A DNA stretch of 64,000 bases, from positions 40,689,179 to 40,753,178 of the forward strand of contig NC_069000.1 of assembly GCF_001194135.2 (NCBI RefSeq), read 5' to 3'. Shown piece by piece: positions 1-13,389 of this stretch. Numbering within the stretch: position 1 is the first letter of the stretch; each line of letters begins with the position of its first letter. Position numbers and translations under genes: made by a program. The notes under the pieces were generated by a model that was given only the letters and a program-made list of their open reading frames with translations, was not told the origin of the DNA and ran no database searches. The DNA comes from Octopus bimaculoides (Eukaryota).

Positions 1-256
1 CGGGGAGATTCAGCGTGACACAGGGTGTGTCAAGGCTGGCCCTTTGAAATGCAGGCACAACAGAAACAGGAAGTAAGAGTGAGAGAAAGTTGTGGTGGAA
101 GAGTACAGCAGGGTTCTCCACCACCCTCTGCCGGAGCCTCATGGAGCTTTAGGTGTTTTCACTTAATAAACACTCGTAATGGCCGGTCTAGGAATCGAAA
201 CCGCGATCCTACGACCGCAAGTCTGCTGCCTTAACTATTTGGGCCATTGCGCCTCC
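1..256 (-). mobile_element. tRNA-derived SINE (family A), cut by the window start
   Basis: Closely similar to 52470-52716. Further partial copies lie at about 3655-3800, 33777-33980, 36496-36630 and 36848-36963. Confidence 0.85.
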
Positions 257-2409
257 GCAAGATAATGAATGCATCACTAATGATTGAAGGTGACATTATT
301 AGAGAAGGTGAAGGTGGTCGATAAATTAAGTACCAGTTGCGTACTGGAATCGAGCTAATCGACTGGCCCCCACCCCAAAAATTTCGGGCCTTGTACTTAG
401 AATAGAAAAGATTATTAGAGAAGGTGGCATAATAGAAAACATGTCATTGAAGTAAGACTTAAAGTGAAACCTTATGACGTCAGTTGTCCACTCAACCTAA
501 GACGCTTGTTTCCCGCTGAAGTGGCTTGCACAATGGCATCCAGTAAACTTCGGGGTCACTCATTGATTTAAAATAGGTCTGTTGTTTCAAACTGTCTTCA
601 CTTTCTTAAAAGCTACACAGGATGATACAGGTATTAGTGACAATGTGAGGAAAGATAGTCACCAACATTGTGTACGTTGAAGTCTTCCCTTCTGAAAACT
701 TAATTCGTTATTACAATATCATCTGGATACTTAGATCAGATATATGTGGTTAAAAAACCTCGCTTTGCAAGCAAGCATGTGGTTCCAGGTTCAGTCCCAC
801 TGCGCGGCACTTTGGTTGATTATCTTCCTCTATAGCTCCAGCCCCGCGAATGTTTTGTGAAGTAATTTAGTAAACAGAGACTGGAAGAAGCCTGTCATAT
901 GTACGTGTGTGTGTGTGTGTTTATCCCACTACTACCGCTTAACAACCGGTGTGGGTTTGTTCATGTTCCCGTAAGTTAGCAGTGCGACTAAAGTAGTCGA
1001 TAGAATATGTACGAGACTTAAAAATAAGTACAGTTTTTCTACTAAACCCTTCGATGTGATGATCCAGCACGGCCGCAGTCCAATAACTGGAACAAGTTTT
1101 GAGACCCTCTTTTTTATCTTTTAAAGAGTTAAGTGCAATTTTATAGTTACATGAATTCACGTAATGTTGTAACATTTGTTTAAAGCTTGGTTTATATTGA
1201 ACAATGAACGTGTATTAAAGTGGATAAGTTAAAGTAGCTTATATTGTATAATTCTTGTTATTATTGACTATGAAAACCAAAACAATGTTTCGTTGCATTC
1301 TCAAAGTCGAGTGAAAATGTTTTTGTGCTCTTGGCTTTTCAATGATAGCCATTTTCTCAACAGAGCTGGTCACAATTGTAACTGAAGGGAGGTAATTCCA
1401 TATATATATATATGTTAATGTTAAATATGTCAATGTTTGGTTTATGCTGTTACCTAAAGAAATATATTTATGTCAATCTATAGATTGATTTTAACTGATT
1501 TGGGAAAGAAATGTTTATTCTGTAGTTTTTCATTGCCATAAGCTTTTACATAAATGTTTCAAGGGAGATAATTATTCTATTAAAGTGATTTTTTTTTTCT
1601 TCTTTCATTGCTCTATTTTTTTAATATTTCCTTTCTAGTATCTATTATTTCTAAGACTTTTAAATATTTGCCAAATGATAGATGAAATGTCATTCATCTC
1701 CAATTTAGACTTTTCTAAACATCGATACAGATAATTTGTTTCAGTAACACTTTCAACAAAATGTCTGAGTTTTAAGTTGTCTCCCCTACATGAACTGCAT
1801 TTATCAAATTTTCATATACGTATGTGCATGTGTACATGTGTGTGTGTGTAAAGATAGCTAGACAGCCAGACAAATAGATAAATGTACATAAACATACATG
1901 CAAAAGCACACACACATATTCATATATGAATATAAACATACACATGCGCGCAAACACACGTATATATGTTTGTAGCACTATGGTATATGTTTGTAGTACT
2001 ATGGTTTTCAATAAACGTTCTCGGGGGAGGGGGCAGTGAACTAGGAGAGGAGGAGGGGTTCTTTGAGACTAATGCTAAGTATGTGCATGTGTGTGTACAA
2101 TTACACCCTTAGCCAACTGATGTCTCCATTAAATGTGTCTGGGGCCCTTTTGAAAGAACTGTGTGTGTGTGTGTACCTTTAACTGCTATTGGTCAAACCA
2201 AGGTCAAGCTCAGTTGTGTTGAAAGAAGGAACTTGGCTTAGAGACAATAACATTTTCTATCAATCTCTTTATACATTCATACTTAAAACACAAACACACA
2301 TACACTCTCAGATACATACATACATACAATCCTGACAATAACTGGGAACTTCCACAGAAACAGTGATGTTGACAGGTGCTACTTAAGAAGAAATGAAGGT
2401 GGTAGAGGC

Positions 2410-2730
2410 CTGAGGCCTTCAAATGCTGTATGGTATCACTCAGCACTCAGCAAACAAACAAAAAAGACTATGCATGGATATATTGCCCGGAAGCTTGAAG
2501 AAAACAGTAGAATTGACATGAGGTGCAGCCTCCTTGGACACAAGACCACTACATCACACCACATTTTGAAGGCTATGCATTTGCAATCCAGGAACAGGAC
2601 ATTGCCACAAAGTACCTGGTGAACAAGAGAGACAGTGACGCTCTCGTAATCCCAAGGTGCAACTGTGGAAAACATCACGCATGTGATTAGCAGCTGTCCT
2701 AAAATGTCGTCACGGTACTACCTCTCTATG
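2410..2730 (+). mobile_element. Non-LTR retrotransposon relic, R4/Dong-like C-terminal region
   Basis: Frameshifted translation KTMHGYIARKLEEN..., EGYAFAIQEQDIATKYL and VENITHVISSCPKMSSRYYL, typical of the region before and around the CCHC knuckle of restriction-like-endonuclease LINEs. Confidence 0.7.
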
Positions 2731-3900
2731 TTGTTACTAAAACAATTTTCAATACCATGCCAGCCTTCAGCAAACCGTCTTTTTAGGGATAATATAGGAC
2801 ATTACGTACAATAGGCATGTGATTTAGGTAGGGGGATACTTTGGCTGCTATTTTTTGCATGTCGAGCGACCAGGTAGAGGCTCTTTCATTGGTTCAATTG
2901 TGTGATGAGATTTTTTTTATACATATATATATGTATATATATCATCGGCAGAAGTTAGAGAGTAAGTCAAAAACTGAGAGTTTCGTGTATTGGCACTTAT
3001 CAAACATGAACTTGGTCATTGTCACTCTGTAACTTCTGCCTATTATTAATATGTGTTGTGCATATGTATAGATAAATAGTTAGGTAGATAGATAGATAGA
3101 TAGATAGATAAACAGATGGACATATTCTCATATATGTTGCTATAAAAACATCTCTGGTTCTGAAAGAAGGGTTTTGTTAGGGAAGATTTTCAGTTTCAAT
3201 TTTTCTGTTGTCGAAGACTCATCGTTTTGTCAATGGACCTGGAAGTTGTCATTTGCAAACAGCAGCAGTAATTTTCTTCAGCTGAACACACGTCATTGAG
3301 TGGTTAAAATATGACAACTTTAACACGAAATAACTTCTAAAATACAAAACTTTATCAAAAATGCAAATAGTAAACCCTATTCTACATAACACATTCTACC
3401 AGTATCCGAAGTTTCAAAGTGTTTAGTTAAAAAAATTAATTAAAAAATCTGCTCATCAAATTGAATAGATCCAATTTTGGTATATCACTGCTGTCACTTC
3501 CAGTCTTTTAGGAACAATTTACTTTCCCTTTTTTACGACAGTAAACTGCATGTTAACCTCAGTCAGTACCATTGATCTCAGTATGTTTTGTTCTTTAGTT
3601 GGCTTCGACATGATTTGAACTCAGAATGTAAGCAAATATTGGTTTCAACGACGAGGGCTCCAGTTGATCCGATCAACGGAACAGCTCACTTGTGAAATTA
3701 GCATGCAAATAGCTAAGTACTCCACAAACATGCTTACCCTTCATGTAGTTCTCAGGGAGATTCAGTGTGAAACAGAATGTGATAAGGCTGGCCCTTTGAA
3801 TAACAGGTACAACTCATTCTTGCCACTTGAGTGGAATGGAGCAACGAGCCGCCATACATTGCTCAAGGACACAACATACCACCTGGAATTGAACTCACAC

Positions 3901-4471
3901 GGGAAAGACTTCTACCCGTCACCCCACTATTTTCTCCCAAATTTGTTTCTTTTTTAAATTTTTTTTTTGCCAACCCCTACCCCCGAGTTTCTGGAAAATT
4001 GCCAAAAATCGGCATTGTTAAATTTCCACCTCCTCTTTCCCTCCCGCCCCACATTCTTCAATTTTGACTTTTTCCCCAATACTAACTCTAACCCTAAAAT
4101 CCAAACCCTAACACCCTAACCCTAACAGTAACTACAAAAATGTTTTGAAATTTTTGTCCGAAACATGTCTGTATTTTTCCACATATTTAGAAAAAAAAAT
4201 TTTTTTTTTTTAATTTTACAAAAATTTTGGGAAATTTGTTTTAAGAATCATAATCTCCGTATTTTTCGGCATATTTTGAAAAAAAAAAAAATTCTGAAAA
4301 AAGTAAAAAAAAATGAAGGAAATGTTGGAGGGTGGGATTTAAAAATGTCGATTTTTGCCAATTTTTTTGCAGATTCGTATTCCCCGTAGCCGAAAGGGAG
4401 AGGGGGTCGTAAAAACAAAATTTTTTTAAAGGGTGAGGTTTTTTTTAGGGGGACGGGCGAAAGTCTTACCC
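3901..4471. mobile_element. Unclassified foldback/MITE-like insertion with 6-bp TSD and internal CCCTAA-like repeats
   Basis: TCACAC is duplicated at 3895-3900 and 4472-4477. Imperfect ~25-bp TIRs gggaaagacttctacccgtcacccc / gggggacgggcgaaagtcttaccc. It interrupts a SINE relic. Confidence 0.6.
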
Positions 4472-5591
4472 TCACACGACCTTAACGTGCAAGTAGCTAA
4501 GTACTCCACACACATGCATACCCTTCACGTAGTTCTCAGGGAGATTCAGCATGACACAGAACATTCTAACCGCTAACACAATTACAGTAGATTTCAAATC
4601 GTAATTTCCGAAATAGTAGCCCGATGCTTTATTCATTCTCTCATAAAAAGATTAAGTGTAAACTTCTATGTGCTGCCACATTCCAGAAGCCAACCAGGGT
4701 GAATATAACATTGCAAATATCTATGATAATAAAATGTTCCGGAAGATGTAGTGACGCAATATTTCAAGTATACCTACACAAATGTGCCATCCCTCTCGAT
4801 TTTGTTTCCTGATAATTTCCAGAAAAATGGGTATTTTTTAATGATATTTTCAACAAATACCTTTCAGATGGTATGGATTACGATTACACAAAAATTTAAT
4901 GTAAAAACAAAAATACTAGAGGGCGTACACGCATACATACAGACACACATCACTTATATATCTACAAAATGAAACTTGAAATTTTGAAAACATGCGATGC
5001 GGGGTCAGTATCCACGTTGTACACCTTTTTTTTTTTCTTTTTTCTTTAAAGGCATGGCTGTGTGGTGAAAAGTTTGCTTCCCATCCACATCGTTCCGGGT
5101 TCAGTCCCACTGCGTGGCACCTTGGGCTACACCAAAGCATTGCGAGTGTATTTGGTAGACGATAACTCAAAAAGCCCGTCGCGTGTGTGTGTGTGTCTCA
5201 CCACCGCTTGACAACCGGTGTTGGTTTGTTTATGTCCCTGTAACTTAACGCCAAAAAAAGTACTGAGATCGATTCGTTCGACTAAAATCTTTTCCAGGCA
5301 GTGCCCTAACATGGGGGCAGTCTAATGACTGAAACAAGATTAAGAAAAGATATAACCGGGATCTACATCATCCGGAAAGGTATTCGAAGAAAATTGCATT
5401 TTTTTTTTCTTTTCTTTTTTCTCACAAGTTGTGAAGAAACAAAGCCGGGATGGGGGACTCACTTGTGTAGAAATGCGAGTATAAATAGGTTTAACAAGAG
5501 CAACATCAAGGACCCGGGTCTAAGTTCACAGCAAGTTTATTAATGAAGAAATTGAAGGACCGATCGGATATGACCTTTGTGAAAAGCGGTG

Positions 5592-5600
5592 ACTTCCGGT
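5592..5600. promoter_or_regulatory. ETS/GABP-type motif (ACTTCCGGT) in the putative RECQL5 promoter
   Basis: Consensus CCGGAAGT on the minus strand, about 190 nt upstream of the RECQL5 ATG, in a locally CpG-richer, repeat-free stretch. Confidence 0.5.
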
Positions 5601-5782
5601 GGGTCACTGTTGTAAAGTTAATTGTAAATTATTGTAGGCGATGTTAAACCGGTGTAGCTTTGTTAAGTTGTCAGTTGAAAACATATACACCCATAGATAT
5701 TGGCAACAACAACGAAGCGAGTTGGAAATCCGGAACTTGCGACTTTTACCAATGTCATAGATATAATTTAAAACCAGTTACC

Positions 5783-5882
5783 ATGGATGAAGACCGCATG
5801 TACCAGGTACTAAATGATGTCTTCAAACATAAACAATTTAAGTCTGACCTACAGAGGAAAGCTATTGAGACTATCATTAAAG
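5783..5882 (+). CDS. RECQL5: RECQL5 coding exon 1 (MDEDRMYQVLNDVFKHKQFKSDLQRKAIETIIK+G)
   Basis: ATG at 5783. The peptide resembles the RecQ5 N-terminus (VF...FK..LQ..A). It ends at the donor AAAG|gtatat in phase 1, matching the phase of the exon at 14991. Confidence 0.88.
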
Positions 5883-8098
5883 GTATATATTATTATCTCT
5901 GACTTGTTTTTCAATACGAAAAAATAACGAACAAAAACAAAACATTCATGTCTGCTGCACACACACTATCTATCTATCTATCTCCATCTCTCTACTACCT
6001 CTGTCTATTTAACTATATCTCTTTCTTTCTCTCTTAACTCCCTAGGTCTTGTTAAGTTTTGATTTCAAAACCTGAAAGAGGCATGAAGTGTTTATTGCTT
6101 GAACGATCAAAAAATGTGTTCTCCATATGAAAAGAGAAAAAAAAAGAAGCTTGTTTTAGTAATTTAATTGACCAAAAGAGATATTAAAACGGAGATAGAG
6201 TTTCTTTTATGATTGTATATTATTTTAAAACAATTCTTGCTAATAATATTTATCAGAAATATTAAAACTTTACAGTTAACGACCTGTACTTCAAGCAAGA
6301 GTTGGTTCACCTTTTGCGTTTTGTATTGAAAACTTATGAACTTATTCAGTTAGTTTATTATATTGTGATATATTTAAATACTCCCACGGCCTTTTAATGT
6401 GTCTCTCTTTTTAAAAAAATCCCTCTTATGTTTTGCCTCTGAGGTGGATACAACAAGCATTCTTATTTTATTTAAATCTCGACGTTGGATGTTTGTATTC
6501 GCCATTCATCATCGCGGAAGTCAAAATAGATACCAGTGATGCACTACTAGCATGATAGCTCTATCCTCCTCCAGAAAATCTGCTTGTACTTGTAAAATGA
6601 TAGAGTGCTAGTTTAATAATTATTATTTTCCTCTCTGTACGTTCAGATTTCACGGGGTCGATTCATCCTTAGCTGTAATTTGTGGGTAACGATATTTATT
6701 TCAGCTAGCTCAGGTCTTTTACGTTTTGAGTTCAAACCCTGCTGAGGTCAGTTTTACCTGTCATCCCTCCGAGGTCGATAAAATTAAGTAGCAGTCACCT
6801 ACAGGGATCGATAAAATCTTCTAACTCCCTCCCTATACATTTCTGGCTTATATTTTATAAGATCGACAATATAACAGTGTCTCTTATAGTTTCAAGTTTC
6901 AGAAAGCGAGCTGTTCTCATGTAGCAGGGTGGGGAACAGTAACAGCACGTTGGTGCGTGGCTTAGGTGTCTAAATATTAAGATAATTGCTTAGTTATAAG
7001 GAGGGGGGTTTATTTTTGTTCTGTGAGAAAAGAATGTTCGTGTATATACATGATCACGAATCCACTAAAAATAATTTCAGCTTGTTTGTCTATGTGTGTG
7101 TGTGTACACACGTCACTGCGGCTTGTAACTCGAGTTGCATGGTAAACTTTCAGTTTCAATAAACCATACCCTGCGTATATTGAGCACTCTCCCATTCGTT
7201 CGGCACAATTCAACGTTTCTGAAACGCACACACACACGAGTGGTTTCCTAGAACAAACAAGCTAATTATAACTCTATACATTATTATAAATATATATATT
7301 ATTTTTAATCGGTAGAAGTTACAAAATGACTTGAGGGGCGAAAGTTTGGTAAATGCTATGGACGAAACTCTACACCATTGGGTTTACTTCTGCCGATTAG
7401 AATAACACACACACACACAGTTTTTCCATATATTCTCCTGTGATGCATCTGGACACATCATTAGTGAGTTTCCTGCATCCATTAAGTGTTTTGGGGTCTT
7501 TCAATATAACACGGTCGCCTAGAGTACTCACCCGGTGTTTATTATATGTAATCGTTTACTTGTTTCAGTCATTTGACTGCGGCTACGCTGGAGCACCGCC
7601 TTCAGTCGAACAAATGGGCCCCAGGACTTACTCTCTGTATGCTTAGTACTTATTCTATCGCACTCCTTCGCCGAACCGCCAAAGTACGGGGACATAAACA
7701 CACCAACATCGGTTGTCAAGCGATGGTGGTGGAGGCAAACATAAATACACAAACAAACAAATATATATATATATATATATATACGACGGGCTTCTTTCAG
7801 TTTCCGTCTACCAAATCCACTTACAAGGCTTTGGTTGGCCTGAGGTGCCACACACACACACACACATATATGTATATGTGTGTGTGTGTGTGTGTACTAG
7901 ATATATAATCGCGCAATCAACTATTTCCTCCTCAAATACGTGTAAAATATTCAACTTAGTTTTTCCAAGAATATAATATTAAAGATAATATAATATAGTA
8001 TGTAGATTGAAAAATTCCTTGGATTTATATCGAGGAAAAAGAAAACGAAAAATAGCGTCAAAAAGGAAAAGAAGAAATGAAACATAACTTTCATCATC

Positions 8099-8170
<72 letters not shown>

Positions 8171-10468
8171 CATCTTTATTTGTTTCATTCATTAGACAGT
8201 GGCCATGCAGGAGCACCGCCTTGAATTTTTAGTCGAATGAATCGAACTTTGTACTTCTCTTTTTAAGTCTGATATCGATTTCTTTTGCCGAACCGCTAAG
8301 TTACGGGGACGCAAAGACACCAACACCGGTTGTTAAGCGATGGTGAAGAAGCATATATAGACACTCACACTTGTCTACCAGATCCACTCACAAGGCTTTG
8401 GTCGGCCCGAGGCTACAGTAAGGACACTTGCCTCAGATGCCGCACAGTGGGACTGAACCCGCAAACCATGTGTTGGGAAGCAAGCTTCTCACAACACAGT
8501 CACATCTGTGCCTATATATATATTATTTTTTTTTATTTGCTGGGAACATCGTCTTGAAGGGTATTTAATCGAACAAATCGACCCCAGGGCTTATTCTTTG
8601 TAAGCCTAGTACTTATTCTATCGGTCAGTTTTGCAGAACCGCTATGTTACGGGGACGTAAACACACCAACATCGGTTGTCAAGCGATGGTGGGGAGAACA
8701 AACACAGACACACAAATATATGCATATATATATAAATATATATAAATATATATATATATATATACACGACGGGCTTCTTTCAGTTTCCATCTACCAAATC
8801 CACTCACAAGGCTTGCCCGTGGTGCCACGCACTGGAGGTCTTGTTTCAGTTCCCGTCTACCAATTCCACTCTCAAAGTTTATATGTATTTGTGTTTGTGT
8901 GTGTGTATATTGTTCTTGAAAAACACTAGCACAAAATTGTCCAGGAAACTATTTATCTGGTAAGTTTTTTATTCAATTTTGAATTGAATTTGGGAACGTA
9001 GAGAGAGACGTGATTAAAACAAGTCAATGACCAGCTCTGATCTAACAGACATATATTCAAAGGTGTGCCAGCCGTGATCATTCCATCGGATTTTTTTTTT
9101 CTATAGATAATCTAGGATACCTCTAATCTAATTTTTGTCTTTCTAATACGTTAGAGTGTGATTGAAGAGAGATTTACCTTTTATTTCTAGCAGGTCGACT
9201 CTATTTTTTTTTTTTTTCCGTTGTTGAAAAGTTTCGCTTTTTTTTTTTAACTCCGTGGTTTCCCAAGATCCTACTGCGTGGCANNNNNNNNNNNNNNNNN
9301 NNNNNNNNNNNNNNNNNNNNNNNNNNNNNNNNNNNNNNNNNNNNNNNNNNNNNNNNNNNNNNNNNNNNNNNNNNNNNNNNNNNNNNNNNNNNNNNNNNNN
9401 NNNNNNNNNNNNNNNNNNNNNNNNNNNNNNNNNNNNNNNNNNNNNNNNNNNNNNNNNNNNNNNNNNNNNNNNNNNNNNNNNNNNNNNNNNNNNNNNNNNN
9501 NNNNNNNNNNNNNNNNNNNNNNNNNNNNNNNNNNNNNNNGGGGGTCGTTTCTGTTATTGTTGGGTAGTTGATTTGATTTGTTCAAAGTTTTTTTTATGTA
9601 TCCGCTCAGTTGCAAGGTTTCAGACTAAGAGTTCGGTCTAAGGTCAAGCCTCGGAATCCCCAGAAAGGCTTTTGGGCACAGCACTTCTTCCTTCAAATGT
9701 GATGTAAAAAAAAAGACATCAGGACTCGTGTTACCTCGCATTTCAAAATGAAACGATATGAATGTAAAACAAAACACATCTGAGACACACACACACACAC
9801 ACACACACACGCGTGTGTATCTGTGCGTGTGTGTCCAAGTTTAAAGTTTTGGCGGGGGTTTTGTTTTGTTTTTCTCTTTTATTACATACAAGAGAGTAAC
9901 AACAAAAATGCATGGTAAAAATATGTGAAATAAATATTTATGTTTCCCTATGATGTATGAATAATGCGTATGTGTGTGTGTGTTATGTATAAACGTATGT
10001 TTCTTTATTCATTTTATTTCATTCTCCATTCTGAAATGCGAGTAATGAGGAAGACGCAACAAAACGCCAATATTGCTGCGGTTCTTCAATCACCCTCATA
10101 AATATTTAGTCGTGTGCTCTCTTATTTACGTTAAGTAGCCGCTGCCATATGTTCACCGTTTGGTATATTGAGGCCTAAATACTGTCCACCCCAGCTAACT
10201 TTTATTGTACACCTAAGTGGATTCTTAATATATGCTGAAGTAGAATACTGCTCCTCGGTGTAACATGTGCAGAATTCCATATCTCAGTATTCCCATGTTG
10301 GAGGTATTTTGAAGTGAAATTACCGTATGGATGTAGTATCAGGCTATCTGCTACAGGGGTTTCGTGGATTCTTTTTTTTTTTTTTTTTGTGTGGTGATGG
10401 TAGGGGCGGTTGTTTCTTAGTTTTTCATTAATTTTAGTCATTGAATTGCGGTTTTGTGGGCCACTGCC

Positions 10469-10503
<35 letters not shown>

Positions 10504-11049
10504 ATAGAAACAAGCACTCCAGCATGGCCACTTCTCTCAAGCTGAAACTAGTAAAAATATGTATGTATACACACACAAACTGGAACTTAATTTGTCTGTC
10601 GAACCTCTAACTTATAGGTCATAAAGAGATGCAGTTTTAGACCATTTTAAACAAATACAAACACACACACATATCTATCAAGCTGATGGTGAGCTCTATT
10701 GTTGTATGTTCTATTTCAAGAATGACGAAAGCTATGATAACAGAACCTCTACTCTTTGTAAAAAAAATTATCAGCTTTCGGGAAGGTTACATTGGCCTAG
10801 AGTGGAGGTAGTGGTATATTCACGTGAAGTTGTAAGGGAGGGAGGGATGGTTTTACTCATCTGAAGTTGGGAGGGTGAAGTTACACTTAAAGCTGAGCCC
10901 AGCTTGATCTATACTGGGAATGTTGAGCGATAAAACTAAATGCTATATTTATGTAGCTTATTGCTATTTATCTTGCTCAGTTTACATTAGGTGTGGTGGT
11001 GATAATAGGGGATAATAAGATTTTTCTCATTGAGACAAAGTTGTGAATT

Positions 11050-11399
11050 TTTGTCGCCTCCCTGGCACTTGTGCCAGTGGCACGTGAAAAGGCATTCTAG
11101 CGAGATCATTGCCAGTGCCGATGGACTGGCTCCTGTGCAGGTGGCACGTAAAACACACCATTTCGAGCATGGCTATCGCCAGTACCGCTTCACTGGCCCT
11201 CGTGCAGGTGGCACGTAAAAGCACCCACTACACTCTCGGAATGGTTGGCGTTAGGAAGGGTATCCAACTGTAGAAATTCTGCCAAATCAGATTGGAGCCT
11301 GGTGTAGCCATCTCGTTTCACCAGTCCTCAGTCAAATCATCCAACCCATGCTAGCATGGAAAGCAGACGTTAAACGACGACGACGATGATGATGATGAT
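11050..11399 (+). mobile_element. 5'-truncated RTE 3' end (or RTE-tailed SINE) with (GAT)n tail
   Basis: Shared family sequence ggtggcacgtaaaa…ccatgctagcatggaaagc..acgttaaacga, ending in (gac)n(gat)n. Confidence 0.8.
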
Positions 11400-11679
11400 T
11401 TACTTTATCAATGACAGAGCGATGGGATGTTAGGGACAGACAGTGCCTCTAGTAGGAGTCCAATCAGTCTGTTTTCAGAACAGTTCATCTGGCTCTAGTC
11501 CTTACCTTTTCCTCCATGAGTTATGTGCATCCAGCAGTATTGGAAGTTCAGCTAAACTGGATTACGAGAAGCCAGCAAGTTTTAAAACCTTTTTAAAATT
11601 CATTAAGATTTTGTCATCCCGTGAAAGGAACCCAACCATCTGTGGTTGAATTTCAATGGACAGAGTAATGATATCTGTT

Positions 11680-11895
11680 TCTTTATTGCTCATAGGGGGC
11701 TACACATAGAGAGGACAAACAAAGGGATTAAGTCGATTACATCGACCCCAGTGCATAACCGGTACTTATTTAATCGACCCCAAAAGGATGAAAGGCAAAG
11801 TCAACCTCAACGGAATTTGAACTCAGAACATAATGGCAGACGAAATACCGTTAAGCATTTCGCCCGGAAGTGCTAACGTTTCTGCCAGCTCGCTG
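11680..11895 (-). mobile_element. SINE family D (young copy); degenerate arrays of it elsewhere
   Basis: Core gagttcaaattcc…gactttgcctttcatcctttcggggtcgat…aagtaccagt. Degenerate copies cluster at about 21130-21560, 22540-23480, 40240-40580 and 49780-50430. Confidence 0.75.
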
Positions 11896-11979
11896 CAGAA
11901 TGATGATGGGATGCTTGCCTCAGGCAGAGAGACACATAGACTGCTCTAGACATCCCATTGTACCCCTGATACATTGCCA

Positions 11980-12018
<39 letters not shown>

Positions 12019-12059
12019 TAGATAGATAGATAGATAGATATACATACATACATACATAG

Positions 12060-12211
12060 GTGCAGGAGTGGCTGTGTGGTCAGTAGCTTGCTTACTACAT
12101 GGTTCTGGGTTCAGTCACACTGCGTGGCACCTTCGGCAAGCGTCTTCTACTATAGCCTTGAGCTGACCAAAACCTTGTGGAAAAAAGAAAAAAAGAAAAC
12201 AAGAAGTTCAT

Positions 12212-12251
<40 letters not shown>

Positions 12252-12810
12252 NNNNNNNNNNNNNNNNNNNNNNNNNNNNNNNNNNNNNNNNNNNNNNNNN
12301 NNNNNNNNNNNNNNNNNNNNNNNNNNNNNNNNNNNNNNNNNNNNNNNNNNNNNNNNNNNNNNNNNNNNNNNNNNNNNNNNNNNNNNNNNNNNNNNNNNNN
12401 NNNNNNNNNNNNNNNNNNNNNNNNNNNNNNNNNNNNNNNNNNNNNNNNNNNNNNNNNNNNNNNNNNNNNNNNNNNNNNNNNNNNNNNNNNNNNNNNNNNN
12501 NNNNNNNNNNNNNNNNNNNNNNNNNNNNNNNNNNNNAAGGCAACTCGAGTTTCAGGGCTATTTCCCTTCGTCATGGCCGGTATGACAGTCTTTATATATA
12601 TATATACACACACACATACACATATATATACATATGTACATGTGCATGTGTTTGTTTCTGTCCCCCCACCATCACTTGACAACCGATGTTGGTGTATTCA
12701 CCTCTGGGTAACTTACCATTTTAGCAAAAGAGACCTATAGAATAAGTCCTGGAGTCAATTTGTTCGACTAAAGGCAGTGCTTCACAGTCAAATGACTGAA
12801 ACAAATAAAA
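12060..12810 (+). mobile_element. SINE family B with internal microsatellite and N-gap
   Basis: Head gtggctgtgtggt…ggttcagtcccactgcgtggcacc and tail cgactaaaggc.gtgc…gtcaaatgactgaaaca. Other copies lie at about 745-1100, 5055-5345, 7555-7850, 8170-8500, 8525-8815, 34915-35125 and 37300-37860. Confidence 0.8.
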
Positions 12811-12847
<37 letters not shown>

Positions 12848-13389
12848 TGTGTGTGTGTGTATACACACACATGTATATAATGTATAGATAAACACATGCA
12901 CACATACACCTGTACATAGATTTCATTTACAAACACAAAGCTTCAGATTTTAAAGGAATGTAACAAGGACACCATGTGATGTCCCTAGGTTGCAGACACA
13001 AGATTGACCTTGGAACTTACAGTATAAAGAACATTATACTTACAGTATAAAGAACATTGAATAGTTTTGTCTGTATTTAGTGACATGTGATGCCTGATGT
13101 TTAGTTATTAGTACTCTAATTAACATATGATTATAACTGGTGCAAAAACATCCTTATGTTGCAATCCTTGCTCTACACATGTTACATTGAAGTAGCTTCT
13201 CATAATGTCCTGCTATGTAAGTCTAAGTATTTCTTTAAGGAGAAATGTAAATAATGATTGTGATGATTTGTTTTCCCCCAAGGATATTAGGGGCACAAAT
13301 AAAGGGAAATCATACCAGAAAGTAGTTCGTGATTCTAGGTCTTCAAGAACTTAGCTATTATTTATGATATTTTATTTAGCTATTAATCA

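Noticed and set aside
4082-4126. Interstitial telomere or chromosome-fusion scar
   Set aside because: Only about four degenerate CCCTAA units, contained within a TSD-flanked insertion.
11040-11230. Short internal direct repeats (ggtggcacgtaaaa…) resembling a CRISPR-like array
   Set aside because: They are part of the RTE 3' UTR family, repeated with the same 'spacers' at 16460-16760 and 27420-27580, in a eukaryotic context.
11899-11972. Possible intronic C/D-box snoRNA (ATGATGA…CTGA, about 70 nt)
   Set aside because: No convincing terminal stem, no rRNA/snRNA complement that I could recognise, and it sits against a SINE end in a region full of (GAT)n tails.
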